Of a DNA stretch of 64,000 nucleotides, positions 54,666 to 64,000 are shown piece by piece (positions within the stretch are counted from its first letter, which is position 1; every line of letters begins with the position of its first letter). Source of the stretch: Eukaryota sp. TZLM1-RC (Eukaryota; Protista; Metamonada: BaSk clade); NCBI GenBank assembly GCA_040285825.1, contig JAUPSS010000002.1, positions 2,852,001-2,916,000 on the forward strand, given 5' to 3'. Under the pieces are notes generated by a model that was not told the DNA's origin, ran no database searches, and saw nothing but the letters and a program-made list of their open reading frames with translations. Made by a program: the position numbers and the translations under genes.

Positions 54666-54760
54666 GGTTTTGTCGAACAGGGATGTACGGTGTGGCCTGT
54701 TCTTTCAGGGTACGATCCCCGCACGCTTTGACACTGAAGAGTCTGAGAAATGACAAATAT
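54666..54760 (+). ncRNA. Possible structured RNA element (ribozyme-like)
   Basis: GC-rich island with stems GAACAGG/CCTGTTC, GTGTGG/CCGCAC and TGTCGAA/TTTGACA, plus a CTGAAGA-GTC..GAC-AAA segment resembling an imperfect hammerhead core. Confidence 0.25.
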
Positions 54761-54804
54761 CATATATCTAAGGTAGTGACCAAATTTCAATCATTACACC
54801 AACA

Positions 54805-56478
54805 ATGTTCACCATTGACCTCAACAACAATCCTTCACTTAGATAATTCTACACATCGAAAAGGTTCAGCGATCAAACGCTGATGTTTGGAAAGTTCACC
54901 ATCTCTGTACACAAGTGCATTCTTGCTATGCACTCTTCCTTCTTTGAGCAACATCTGTCTGAGAATTCTTTTCACAATGATCAATCATATTATTACATCT
55001 CAGATCTCCCTGTTCCATACGACATTTTTTTATCCATAATTGAACTTTTTTATGGTTTTTTTCCGATAGATCTCACACAACATAATACATATCTTTATTA
55101 TTATTGTGCCCGCTACTTTGGGATTCATTCTCTAATAGAACGTACGACACGAATAATGAACAAGCACCAACGATCAGTTGAATGGATGTGCACCACCCTT
55201 CAACAAGCTCAGGACAAGGACGATTTGGAAGTGTTTGGAACTATTTTTGGTAAGGAAACAATGTCTGAAAGTGCAGGATTGTGTCAAATATTTTTGAATT
55301 TATTTAGCCAAATTGACCATTTTAATTGCAACCAATGTGCTTTCTCAAGTGATGACATGCTGGTACCTATTGCAATCAACATCCACCCTTCCACATTCAA
55401 CATAATGGTCAACAAATCAGCACATTCCAGATCGTTCTCTGAGTGGTTAGTACTTTCACTAGTGAAGTGTGCTAATGTGAATGAAGAGATGTGGACAGGA
55501 GAAAAAGTTGATCTGGCTGTGCAATCGCTGAATTTGGACATGATTAATGTTTGTTTTGCTTATGATCATTTGTACTTACCATTAATCAAACGCTCAGATC
55601 TTGTTGGTATCATGAGAGAATTTGCTACATCACATCTATTACCCTTGTTCAGAAGTGAGGTGGACACTGTTCAAGGGTTTGATTCGTTAGATACAGTTTT
55701 TAATTCCTGTCCATGTAGGGCAGTAGTGCGAATTCAATCTTTGATCTGTGGTTACTTGAATCGATGTCATGCTTCTCTCAGAAAGAATTCAATCTTGTCT
55801 TTACAAAGCTTGGTACGTCGTAGGGTATGTATGGAGAGGATGGTGGAAGAAAGGGAATCTGTGGTTAGTGTTCAAATGGTGATTCTAATGATGTTGCAAA
55901 GGAAGAGGTTTTTCCAGATGAAATTATCATCTATCCTTATTCAAAACAATATTCGTAAGTTTATTTGCCAAAGCACATTCAAGAGAGACAAGCAGAATTT
56001 GCGAAGTTTACAATCTGTAATTCATGGCTATTTAAGTAGAAGAAATTACTTCAGAACGCAACTCTCCATTGTTAATTGTCAAACAATTATTCAAAAAAAC
56101 ATTTACCTTAGACAATATCAACAAAAACGGACTGCAATCATGAATCTGCAGTCAGCAATTCGTGGTAAATTTGCTAGTAAATTATTTAACAATGCCAGAG
56201 AATCAATAATTTTTGTTCAAAATTCTTTTTTAAACGTGCTTTGTTTAAGGTATTATCAACAAAGTCGCTCCTCACTGATTGCTATTCAAGCTCTAATTCG
56301 TGGTGGATTGACTAGCAACAGATTTGACAAACTCAAGTCGTCAATCATTACTTTACAATGTTTGATTAGGGCTCAAAGGGCAAGGGAACTTTTGAATCAG
56401 CAGAATGTAAGCATTGTCAAACTTCAATCAGCCATTCGTAGCTTCCTTTCTAAAAGGAGTCATTCTAGATCCCATTGA
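54805..56478 (+). CDS. Chimeric BTB/POZ + IQ-repeat gene; in-frame TAA at 54844-54846 (open from ATG 54883)
   Basis: BTB motif FSDQTL...VHKCILAMHSSFF...FLSIIELFYG; the C-terminal ~230 aa are near-identical to part of the ASPM-like protein. Confidence 0.72.
55770..56468. repeat. ~700-bp inverted duplicate of 6373-7071 (IQ segment of the ASPM-like gene)
   Basis: Reverse-complement match with only scattered substitutions. Confidence 0.92.
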
Positions 56479-58049
56479 AATATGCGCTCAATACCACATG
56501 CACACTTACGAAGTAATTACTTTAATTGCTCAAGCAAATCAAAATCAGGAAATAAAAAGTTCAATTATAGATCAGGAAATCCGAAATTTAAATCACAAAG
56601 GCGAAAATATTTATTTTATTTCCTAATAAAGTTTACTGTCATGGTTGTTGAATAAAATTACTTTCTCATATACAGAAGAAAATTTTCATTGAAATCAAAA
56701 TTTATGATTACCAATCAATTACTAGTTTACTCCAAGATTTAATCATATTGAAGTTATTATTTTTGATCTTGTGGTTCAGATTTATCAGAAGCAATCTTAT
56801 TCTTGATTTCATGTTCCCAATGTACATAGATTTGATGTTCATGTATTTGATCTTTTGGTAAAACAAAGTTCGGAACAGAACCTTTCAATTATGCTTCACT
56901 GTCATGAAGATTCTTTCAAAATCAGTTCGTGCATGTGATATTGAAACAAACCAAAAAGTAACTTTCATCTAAAATAGTTATTCAAAATATGAACGAGATG
57001 AGGAAAGAAGAGGCTGAAAACTTGAAAAAACTCAATGATGAAGAACATTTACAATAACCAAGGAGTTTTCATTATTTCTTGTGTTTTTGGTTTTTTTTGA
57101 AAAAGATGAAGTTTATGTACAACAACGTTTGACTGCCTAAAATGCAAAATAACCTGAGGCGACTTTGGAACTCCCTGATTTTGGTAAAGCTTTTCACTTT
57201 TTTAACACAGAGGAAGTATTACTAGTAATTTTTATTCTATTAATAATTGAATACAAACCAGATGTTTTTAAAAGATTTAATTTTAAAAAAAAAATTAATA
57301 TACCCATATTAAGCAATAGGTTGGCAATTCATTTTACTTCTTTTTCAGAACTAATGAAATCGCAAGATATCCATCCCTTTTTTATCTGTTTATCGGCTGA
57401 AGATTTGCTCTGATGTTAATGGTTTAACTATCTGTAATACATTTTCGTATGCAAAAAAGTTTATTGCGGCAAAATCTAATAAGCCCTGGAAAACCCTGAG
57501 TGGTTTCCTTTTGAAAGACTCTAAAAACTGTTCATGACACATATACAAACCTTTTGGTAATTGATTGTTAGAATGAAACCTCAAAATACAATCAATTATT
57601 CATCCAAAGATAGTGTTGTTGCTTTAAAATTATTTTTATTGTTTCTATTAATAGTTTCATAGAAGAAGCCTATACGAAACATTAAAAGCCACTCCGATTG
57701 TTCGAAAGAAAATTCCTGGATTTTTTGAAGTTGATATCCAGGACTATGATGTATTTTGCGTTCTTTTTCTCACAAATGATGAAATCGCTGGCAAAAAAAA
57801 TAATTCTTAGTGGATAAATTTAATAGAACAATCACTGAAAAAGGCAAGAAATTCAACAACACCATTAAAACTGATTTTTTGGCATTTATTGAAGTATTTA
57901 AGTACAAAAAGAATTACATGGATGTTATAATTTCTGACGTTATCCTGATTGAAAGACTACAAAGGATATTAAACTTTGATTTTCGTTGTGCAATTAATAT
58001 GGTGTTTAAATCAAAATCTAGATTCTATTTTTATATTACAAGGACCAAC

Positions 58050-58680
58050 CTTTGTTTAAGAAAAACTGTATTTGTTCTGACTCATCTCAGCTCACCCTAC
58101 ATCATGCCATAAATTGTACCAAATTGATAACTTTTCGTTCTTTATTACAAGAAGTTTTTCCAACTGCTGTTTCTATCTGACTTACAATGACTTACAATGC
58201 ATATGAATGACATCTGTAGAATTTCCCACGCTGAACCAATCAACGCTATTGTTTAATTTTGGTTCTAATATCGGGGATGATATAGACTGCGATTGAATTG
58301 ACGTTGTCTTATGTGAGTTTGCAAATACCACTTTGATGCAGAAAAGCAAATGCCATTCTCCAGGTGCAGATGAATTCAAGGAAAAAGGGAAACTTCAGTA
58401 CTGATATTGAAGAAGCCAACGTTGAAGGAAATTGATAACATCATCTTAACGCAGTTTTATCGTCCTATATTTAAAGTCCTATTCTTGAAACAGAAAATTT
58501 GCTGAATAGTTTTTTCCAAACAATGGATTTATATGAAAGTAATTAAGAGATTTGATATCTTTGTTACATTTGCGAAACCAACTGACAATTTTGAATAGAA
58601 GATCATTATTTTTGGATCCTATAAGAGAAGCTATAGGGAAGCAAGTGACGTCGATTTTATTTTGGTTTAATAATTGTACA
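58050..58680 (+). mobile_element. Old, heavily decayed family A-related retroelement
   Basis: TGTATTTGTTC..CTCAGCTCAC...CATGCCATAAATTG...AAATTGATAACTT..CGTTC and AGATTTGATAT..ATAAGAGAAGCT segments match family A. Confidence 0.6.
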
Positions 58681-58710
58681 TAATTTAAACCATTTTAGTT
58701 TAATTAATTA

Positions 58711-61683
58711 ATGTTCCAAACCCCACAACAGAGACGTCCACCCACTGGCTTTGGGACCCCTGCATCAGTCCGTCCGCCCCCTTCGTCAGTATTTAGGTCT
58801 CGAGCTCCCCAAACTCCACGAGTTCCTCAAGCCACAGTATCACTCATAACAGAAACGCCTAACCTAAAACTCTCTTCTATATCCGATGTCCCTCTCCTCG
58901 TCTCCGATCTGCACAAATCAATCTCCTCACATGGCTTTATATTTCCTTCTGCTTCTCGTCATCCGTCCAACGCTATTGTATATGCACGCACTTCTTCTTC
59001 CCTCATGGTGTACGTTCTCAAAAACCCCCACCTTTCTGCCATTCTACACCTTTCGTCCTCAGCTCTCTGCTCTCCGAGGGCACTTCCAGCTATCGGGACC
59101 CATGGTGTGGAGGCTGTTGTGGTAGAGAAACAAGGAAACATCGTCTCTATGGAGCTAGTGCATGCTCAGTTGTGTGGAACTTCTGTTTCGTTTTCAAAAA
59201 AGTTTTCATCAAGTTTCCAATCAGATGACGTTCCTGATTCCGTTTTGATTGCTCAATCACCTTCTGATAACTCTTGTCTAATCAAATTTACCTCTGGCAA
59301 ACTTGGAATTTTCTCCTTTGATTCCAATTCTTTTTCTCTTTTTTCTCAACAAACTGAATCTAAAACTTTTAGGTTATTCAGACCCAAAATGTCTAATGAT
59401 TTATTAATCCCAAATATTGTTGGTTTATCCTACTCTATAGAAACTGAATCAGATTATTATGTGCTGGCTGAAAATGGGGAAGTGCACAGCTTGAATCAAT
59501 CAAAAATGACGGTCAATAGGGTTTTTAAACCCCAAGCATCAATCAGATCACAATCAATCGCAATCAAACCTACTATTTTTGGCCCAGTTTCCCTTTCTAT
59601 TACTTTTTCAAATGTTTTGAACTTAAATTTTCATTATCATGATGCTGTATTAGAGCTCAATGAGTCAATTATAAGTACGGCTCTGCGAAAATTTCAGTCA
59701 GACGATATGACCTCTTTCAAAATTTTAGATTTTTCAATTTCACCAAAAGCTGAAAATTTGGTCCTGTCAATCGGAAGTGCTTGTCTACTTGTCAAGTTGA
59801 TCTCTTCTTCACGTCATCTTATTGAACTCTTACCTTGTGTACTCCCAATCAATCACGCCACTGATTGGATCACCGATCAATCTTTTTTGATTGCTTTTGA
59901 GAGTTCAATTGCTCAATTGGAATTAAAAGATCTTAAAGAAACGGTCAGAAATGTCACAATTCCTGCACATTCTGAGCTTGTTGACGTTATGATTGCCGCA
60001 ATCAAAAATTTAAACCAAAATGGTGAACTATTCGTCACAAATGAGATTCAAACTTACTTGTCACAAAACCCATTGACCACAGAAGAGATCACTCAATCAT
60101 TTGAACAAGTCGTCGAGATTCTTGCTGATTCTGATCCCTCTTATTGGTTTGAGTTGGGAAACACATCAAGTTCAACATTAGCTTCTTCTTTCTTGAAGGA
60201 AAAGTTGAAGCATGTAGAGACAGTAATGTCGATTTACGGTGACGTCGTTGGTGAACCTGCAAAAGCTCAGATGCACCACATCTCTGATTTGATTTTTGGA
60301 ACTTTACAGCTGGCAAAAGAACCAGTCCTCGCGGGTCAAGAGGTTGTTACTATTTATAGAAACATTGTCACATCACGTGATACGTCACGTCATCATTTTG
60401 TTTCGGAAAGAGAATTGTTCTTATCTCGGCCCACTAAAGTTTTTGATCTTTTTAGTCATTTCCACAGAGTCATGGATGGTCATCAATCAATTTTTGATTA
60501 CCGTATTATGGCCCTGATGACGTCGATTTTGACCCAGGGATTGATTGATCACGTGAGACAACGCAGGGGCCAGTTTTGGTTTAAACCAATTTTACTAAAG
60601 GAATTGCAATTAATTTATAATTATGTTTCGGAATTTTTAAAGTCTAAATCCAATATTACATCAGCTTCTCCTGATTTTGAGCTGTTTTTGACCGTCATCA
60701 AAGACTATACCAGACTTTGTGCTGTTTTGATCACGTTAGATGAGTCGAAAAGGTCAATAATACTGGAACCAATCAAAAGTCTTTATGAGTCCTCAGCTGA
60801 TGAGAATCTCAGAGACTCGATTGAATCATTTTCAGTGGATTTATGTGAATCCTTTGAATTATTTAATTATCTTGTTTATTTTGAAGGAAATGACCACTCT
60901 AAATGTAGATTTTATATCAGCAAATTTGGAAATGCATTCATTGAAAGCCTAATCAATTATCTGGCAGACACTAATCAATATAAAAGATTGATTGATCTCT
61001 ACTCAATCAATCAAGCCAGAGATTTGATTGAACAGTTTTTAATCAGACATAAACATTTAGCATGGCCTCATTTGTTGAAAGAAAAAAGATTTACAGAAGC
61101 TGTTGATTTAGTTATTGAATTAGTAAAAGATAACGAAATGTCCATATCCGCGAAGAAAACATTGCTGTCAATTGGGGTTATGGCTGACCAAGTCAATGGT
61201 GGTCGGTCGGAAGAGGTCAAAAATTGGCTGACTTTGGTTGAAATTCATCGAGAATTGTTGCCCTCTGAACGATTTTCCGTAGACGTAGATGTTTTGGTCA
61301 ATGCTGGTCTTGAAAGGTCTGCGGAGATCATGCGACAGTCACGTGATTTAGACCTTGCAGCTTCATTTGTGACACTCTCGTTACAAGCAGTTGAGCTCTT
61401 TTCCAAAATTTCACCTGGGAGAAATTATTTGGAATTGATCCTTTTTGTTTTTGTTTCACTTGCGGAATTTGATAATTTTATTTCTTTCTACCCCCTGCAT
61501 ATCAGTGATGATGAGATTTTTAAAATTGCAAAAAATTCTCTAAGTCATTTTGTTTTCAAAAATTGCACTGATTCGGTTAAACCAAATTCTAACACTATTA
61601 AGGAATTATACAATCGTCTTGTTGCTAAAGATGATCGTTGGGAAGCTTGTTTTAAACTATTTTTTGAAAGTTTAAAGGATTAA
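58711..61683 (+). CDS. NUP133: Nucleoporin Nup133-like
   Basis: TP/R-rich N-terminal tail, beta-rich domain, helical stack; FL..HKHLAWPHLL....F.EA and KKTLLSIG motifs typical of the Nup133 C-terminus. Confidence 0.72.
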   Translation: MFQTPQQRRPPTGFGTPASVRPPPSSVFRSRAPQTPRVPQATVSLITETPNLKLSSISDVPLLVSDLHKSISSHGFIFPSASRHPSNAIVYARTSSSLMVYVLKNPHLSAILHLSSSALCSPRALPAIGTHGVEAVVVEKQGNIVSMELVHAQLCGTSVSFSKKFSSSFQSDDVPDSVLIAQSPSDNSCLIKFTSGKLGIFSFDSNSFSLFSQQTESKTFRLFRPKMSNDLLIPNIVGLSYSIETESDYYVLAENGEVHSLNQSKMTVNRVFKPQASIRSQSIAIKPTIFGPVSLSITFSNVLNLNFHYHDAVLELNESIISTALRKFQSDDMTSFKILDFSISPKAENLVLSIGSACLLVKLISSSRHLIELLPCVLPINHATDWITDQSFLIAFESSIAQLELKDLKETVRNVTIPAHSELVDVMIAAIKNLNQNGELFVTNEIQTYLSQNPLTTEEITQSFEQVVEILADSDPSYWFELGNTSSSTLASSFLKEKLKHVETVMSIYGDVVGEPAKAQMHHISDLIFGTLQLAKEPVLAGQEVVTIYRNIVTSRDTSRHHFVSERELFLSRPTKVFDLFSHFHRVMDGHQSIFDYRIMALMTSILTQGLIDHVRQRRGQFWFKPILLKELQLIYNYVSEFLKSKSNITSASPDFELFLTVIKDYTRLCAVLITLDESKRSIILEPIKSLYESSADENLRDSIESFSVDLCESFELFNYLVYFEGNDHSKCRFYISKFGNAFIESLINYLADTNQYKRLIDLYSINQARDLIEQFLIRHKHLAWPHLLKEKRFTEAVDLVIELVKDNEMSISAKKTLLSIGVMADQVNGGRSEEVKNWLTLVEIHRELLPSERFSVDVDVLVNAGLERSAEIMRQSRDLDLAASFVTLSLQAVELFSKISPGRNYLELILFVFVSLAEFDNFISFYPLHISDDEIFKIAKNSLSHFVFKNCTDSVKPNSNTIKELYNRLVAKDDRWEACFKLFFESLKD

Positions 61684-61811
61684 TTGAATAAACTCAAATA
61701 AACTTATTATTGAATTTTTAATTATGGTTTTGTTTAGACATTTTTTGCATTTACAATAATTGTTTCAAATCCTGCAGAAAAAATTGAAACATTGGAATTC
61801 AAAAGTTCCGG

Positions 61812-63066
61812 GAAAATTATTGGAAATTGATGCATCTCAGTTACGAAGCCACATTTTTTGTGGTACAAATTTTGGTGGTGTTGATTTTCATAAATCAAGC
61901 TACCTTTGTAAAGCTGCCTTTATTGGAGGTGGAAAGAATTTTATTTATGAATTTGTGAATCGTTTCCCTGAAAAAATTAATCTCATTGAAATTGTGGCAG
62001 CTCTTATCTTATTTCGTTGCAACAGGAAATTGAAACTCTTTCACCAAATATTTGGTCTAAATGTTTTCCCTCTGATATTGTGGAGCTTCCTCCAAGAAGC
62101 TTGCTTTCCTTACCACTGACTTTTGCAAAATTGCAGAAAACAATCTTAAAAGTTTTAGAAAACTTGGATTATATTGTAAATCTTAGCTTGGTTAAAGAAA
62201 AAATCCCGTTTTTGCAAACTATTTGATTGATCTTGAAGACAGTTGTTCAAGTTGCCTAATCTCCCAAATTCCCAACATTTATGGCCTTTTACTCATTGAT
62301 CACCAATGGACCACTGCAATGAGAATGAGATGTTTTTTATGGCCTTGTTTTTTTACCAAATGATTTAATTTGTCGCTGCAAGAGTGTTGTTACGCTTTTC
62401 CATATTTTGAACTGTAAGTATTCTTTAACTTATTGCTCAATTGTTCATGACTCAGTTCGTGATCAATTATATGCCATGTGCAAGTTTCAATCTAGAGGCA
62501 TTTATTGAGCCATTAGGACGTAAGATGTCTTTAGATCAAACTGATGATTCCTTTGGAAAAAGAAGGGCAGATTTAGGAGCTCCAGGGATCGATGGTGTTC
62601 TTAATTTTGTGGATGTTGTCTCAATTGATGTTTGCAAAAATCCTGCTGCTTGTTTAGTGTATTCCGCTGATTCGCCGTTATCTAACGCCGAAAAAAGAAG
62701 ATATAAAATATGAAAAACTTTTGGCACAGTTAGGTAGAGTGGAACATGTGAAATATCAGTTTGTGCCGTTTGCAATTTCTCTTTTTGGCAATATTGGACC
62801 TTCAGGGTTGCATTTTTTTGAAAATTTCAAAAAAGTGTTACTGAATAGGTCTGGTAAAACAATGAATTCCACTTTCCGGTTAAATAGAGTTGTTTTTTGC
62901 ATTTTCAAGTCTATTCCAACAATGATTTCAAAGGCACTTTTAGCTATTGGTGTAGAATATGAACGTAATGCTGTGAGTAGGTTTAGTAATAGTGACGCTT
63001 ATTTGGAGGGTATTGAATTCTAGATGAGTTTGATTCTTATCTCAATAAATTTTATTTAGTTTAAAA
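61812..63066 (+). mobile_element. 5'-truncated CRE-like family C copy with intact 3' end and A-tail
   Basis: Near-identical to the reverse complement of 15785-16805; stop at 63023; AATAAA and A-tail; TSD AAAAGTTCCGG (61801-61811 / 63067-63077); several frameshifts. Confidence 0.9.
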
Positions 63067-63433
63067 AAAAGTTCCGGAACAAGCAATTGTTATGCTAGTT
63101 ATTGAGAATTAAAGACAATTTTGACAAAGATATGGCAAATTCAGAATTTTCCGTTGAACAATCCAATTTTATTATACAAAACTTGGGCAAATATTATTGT
63201 TAAGGAATGTATCAATTTTCTCCTCAATGTCCTTAATAAACCTGAATACCCATTGAAATCTCTTTTCGAATGAAAATACAAAAATTTGCTTTCAAAAAAG
63301 ATGTTGGTTTGGTTAAAGCAAAAAAACGTAGCTATCGTCAAAAATTGATTTTAAACAATATTTTCAACAATGCCAAGTTTTATAATTTTATACAAAAGAA
63401 ACATTCAATTAAACGACAAAATTCAACAAAACC

Positions 63434-64000
63434 CTAAACATAAAGCTTTATTAGTTCGTCACACACAGCTCCTGGGGTAAGAATCCCAATATCAGTTAAA
63501 ACCAAATCTATAAACTCTGGTGGAGTGTAATCCACCACCCTCTTCTCTCTGGTATTGACAACTCCTTCTCCTACTGAATCCATGTTTGGTAACCTTAACG
63601 GATGGACTGGACGTTCTGTGAATTGGTCTACTTCATTCTGTGTAAGGGGATAGAGTCTTGTAAACTTGTAAGACTCCGCAGCTACGTAGCAGGGCTTACT
63701 GAGGTGACTAGCAACAACCGCAATGCCATAAGAACCAATTTGGTTAATTAAACCACCATTCTCAGTAATGCCCTCAGCCCCAAACAGTACCATTGTTACA
63801 GAGTGAAGAATCGAAGCTACAGCTGAATCAGAAACAATAGTGACACTAATATTTGATTTTGATAATCGATCTGCAGTTTCGTATCCATTAAACATTGGTA
63901 AACCTTCACTAACAATGACTTTGATCTCTTTCTCTTCAGCTATCCTCTCCAGAACAAGGCATGCAACTTGAGAGTAGCCATGGACAAGTATAGTACATCC
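63434..64000 (-). CDS. EIF2B1: Translation initiation factor eIF2B alpha subunit (5' end outside the window)
   Basis: ILVHGYS, GAEGITENGGLINQIGSY, YVAAESYKFTRLYPL, VDYTPP..I....TDIGILTP.AV.DELI. Confidence 0.9.
   Translation of the reverse strand, partial: GCTILVHGYSQVACLVLERIAEEKEIKVIVSEGLPMFNGYETADRLSKSNISVTIVSDSAVASILHSVTMVLFGAEGITENGGLINQIGSYGIAVVASHLSKPCYVAAESYKFTRLYPLTQNEVDQFTERPVHPLRLPNMDSVGEGVVNTREKRVVDYTPPEFIDLVLTDIGILTPGAVCDELIKLYV

Noticed and set aside
54844-54846. Stop-codon reassignment (TAA/TAG read as Gln)
   Set aside because: Conserved genes end at TAA, TAG and TGA at the expected positions and contain no internal stops; internal stops occur only in decayed or chimeric sequence.
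56600-58050. Short ORFs in AT-rich intergenic DNA (also 4576-4870, 10380-10740, 22256-22564, 42300-43100)
   Set aside because: Probably decayed TE or gene debris; no motif could be supported.

Overview
AT-rich, gene-dense and intron-poor eukaryotic (protist-like) genomic DNA, read in the standard genetic code. The organism cannot be identified from the sequence alone. Housekeeping genes: RUVBL1, CK2-alpha (30-nt intron), tRNA-Gly(GCC), CWC24/RNF113A, HMG-CoA reductase, a truncated CBP20, SMC2, NUP133 and a partial eIF2B-alpha. Less usual genes: three ASPM-like IQ-repeat genes, a kinesin-like/PH/SWIRM protein and a 2851-aa RCC1/beta-helix/Cys-rich multi-TM surface protein. These are interleaved with many mobile elements: at least three families of 5'-truncated CRE-like non-LTR retrotransposons (REL endonuclease, 11-14-bp TSDs, one nested insertion), a MULE deletion derivative (9-bp TSD) and two hAT elements (8-bp TSDs). 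The main finding is a family of Fanzor (eukaryotic TnpB-like, RNA-guided nuclease) loci. One is near-intact (23680-25672, single +1 frameshift, all three RuvC acidic residues, extra N-terminal CCHC knuckle), one is decayed (46281-48051), and one is a 3'-end-only 'ghost' (15576-15776). All three share a structured 3' region with a covarying stem, the candidate omegaRNA. In the near-intact copy this region abuts a truncated virus-like DNA methyltransferase fragment, which may supply the guide.
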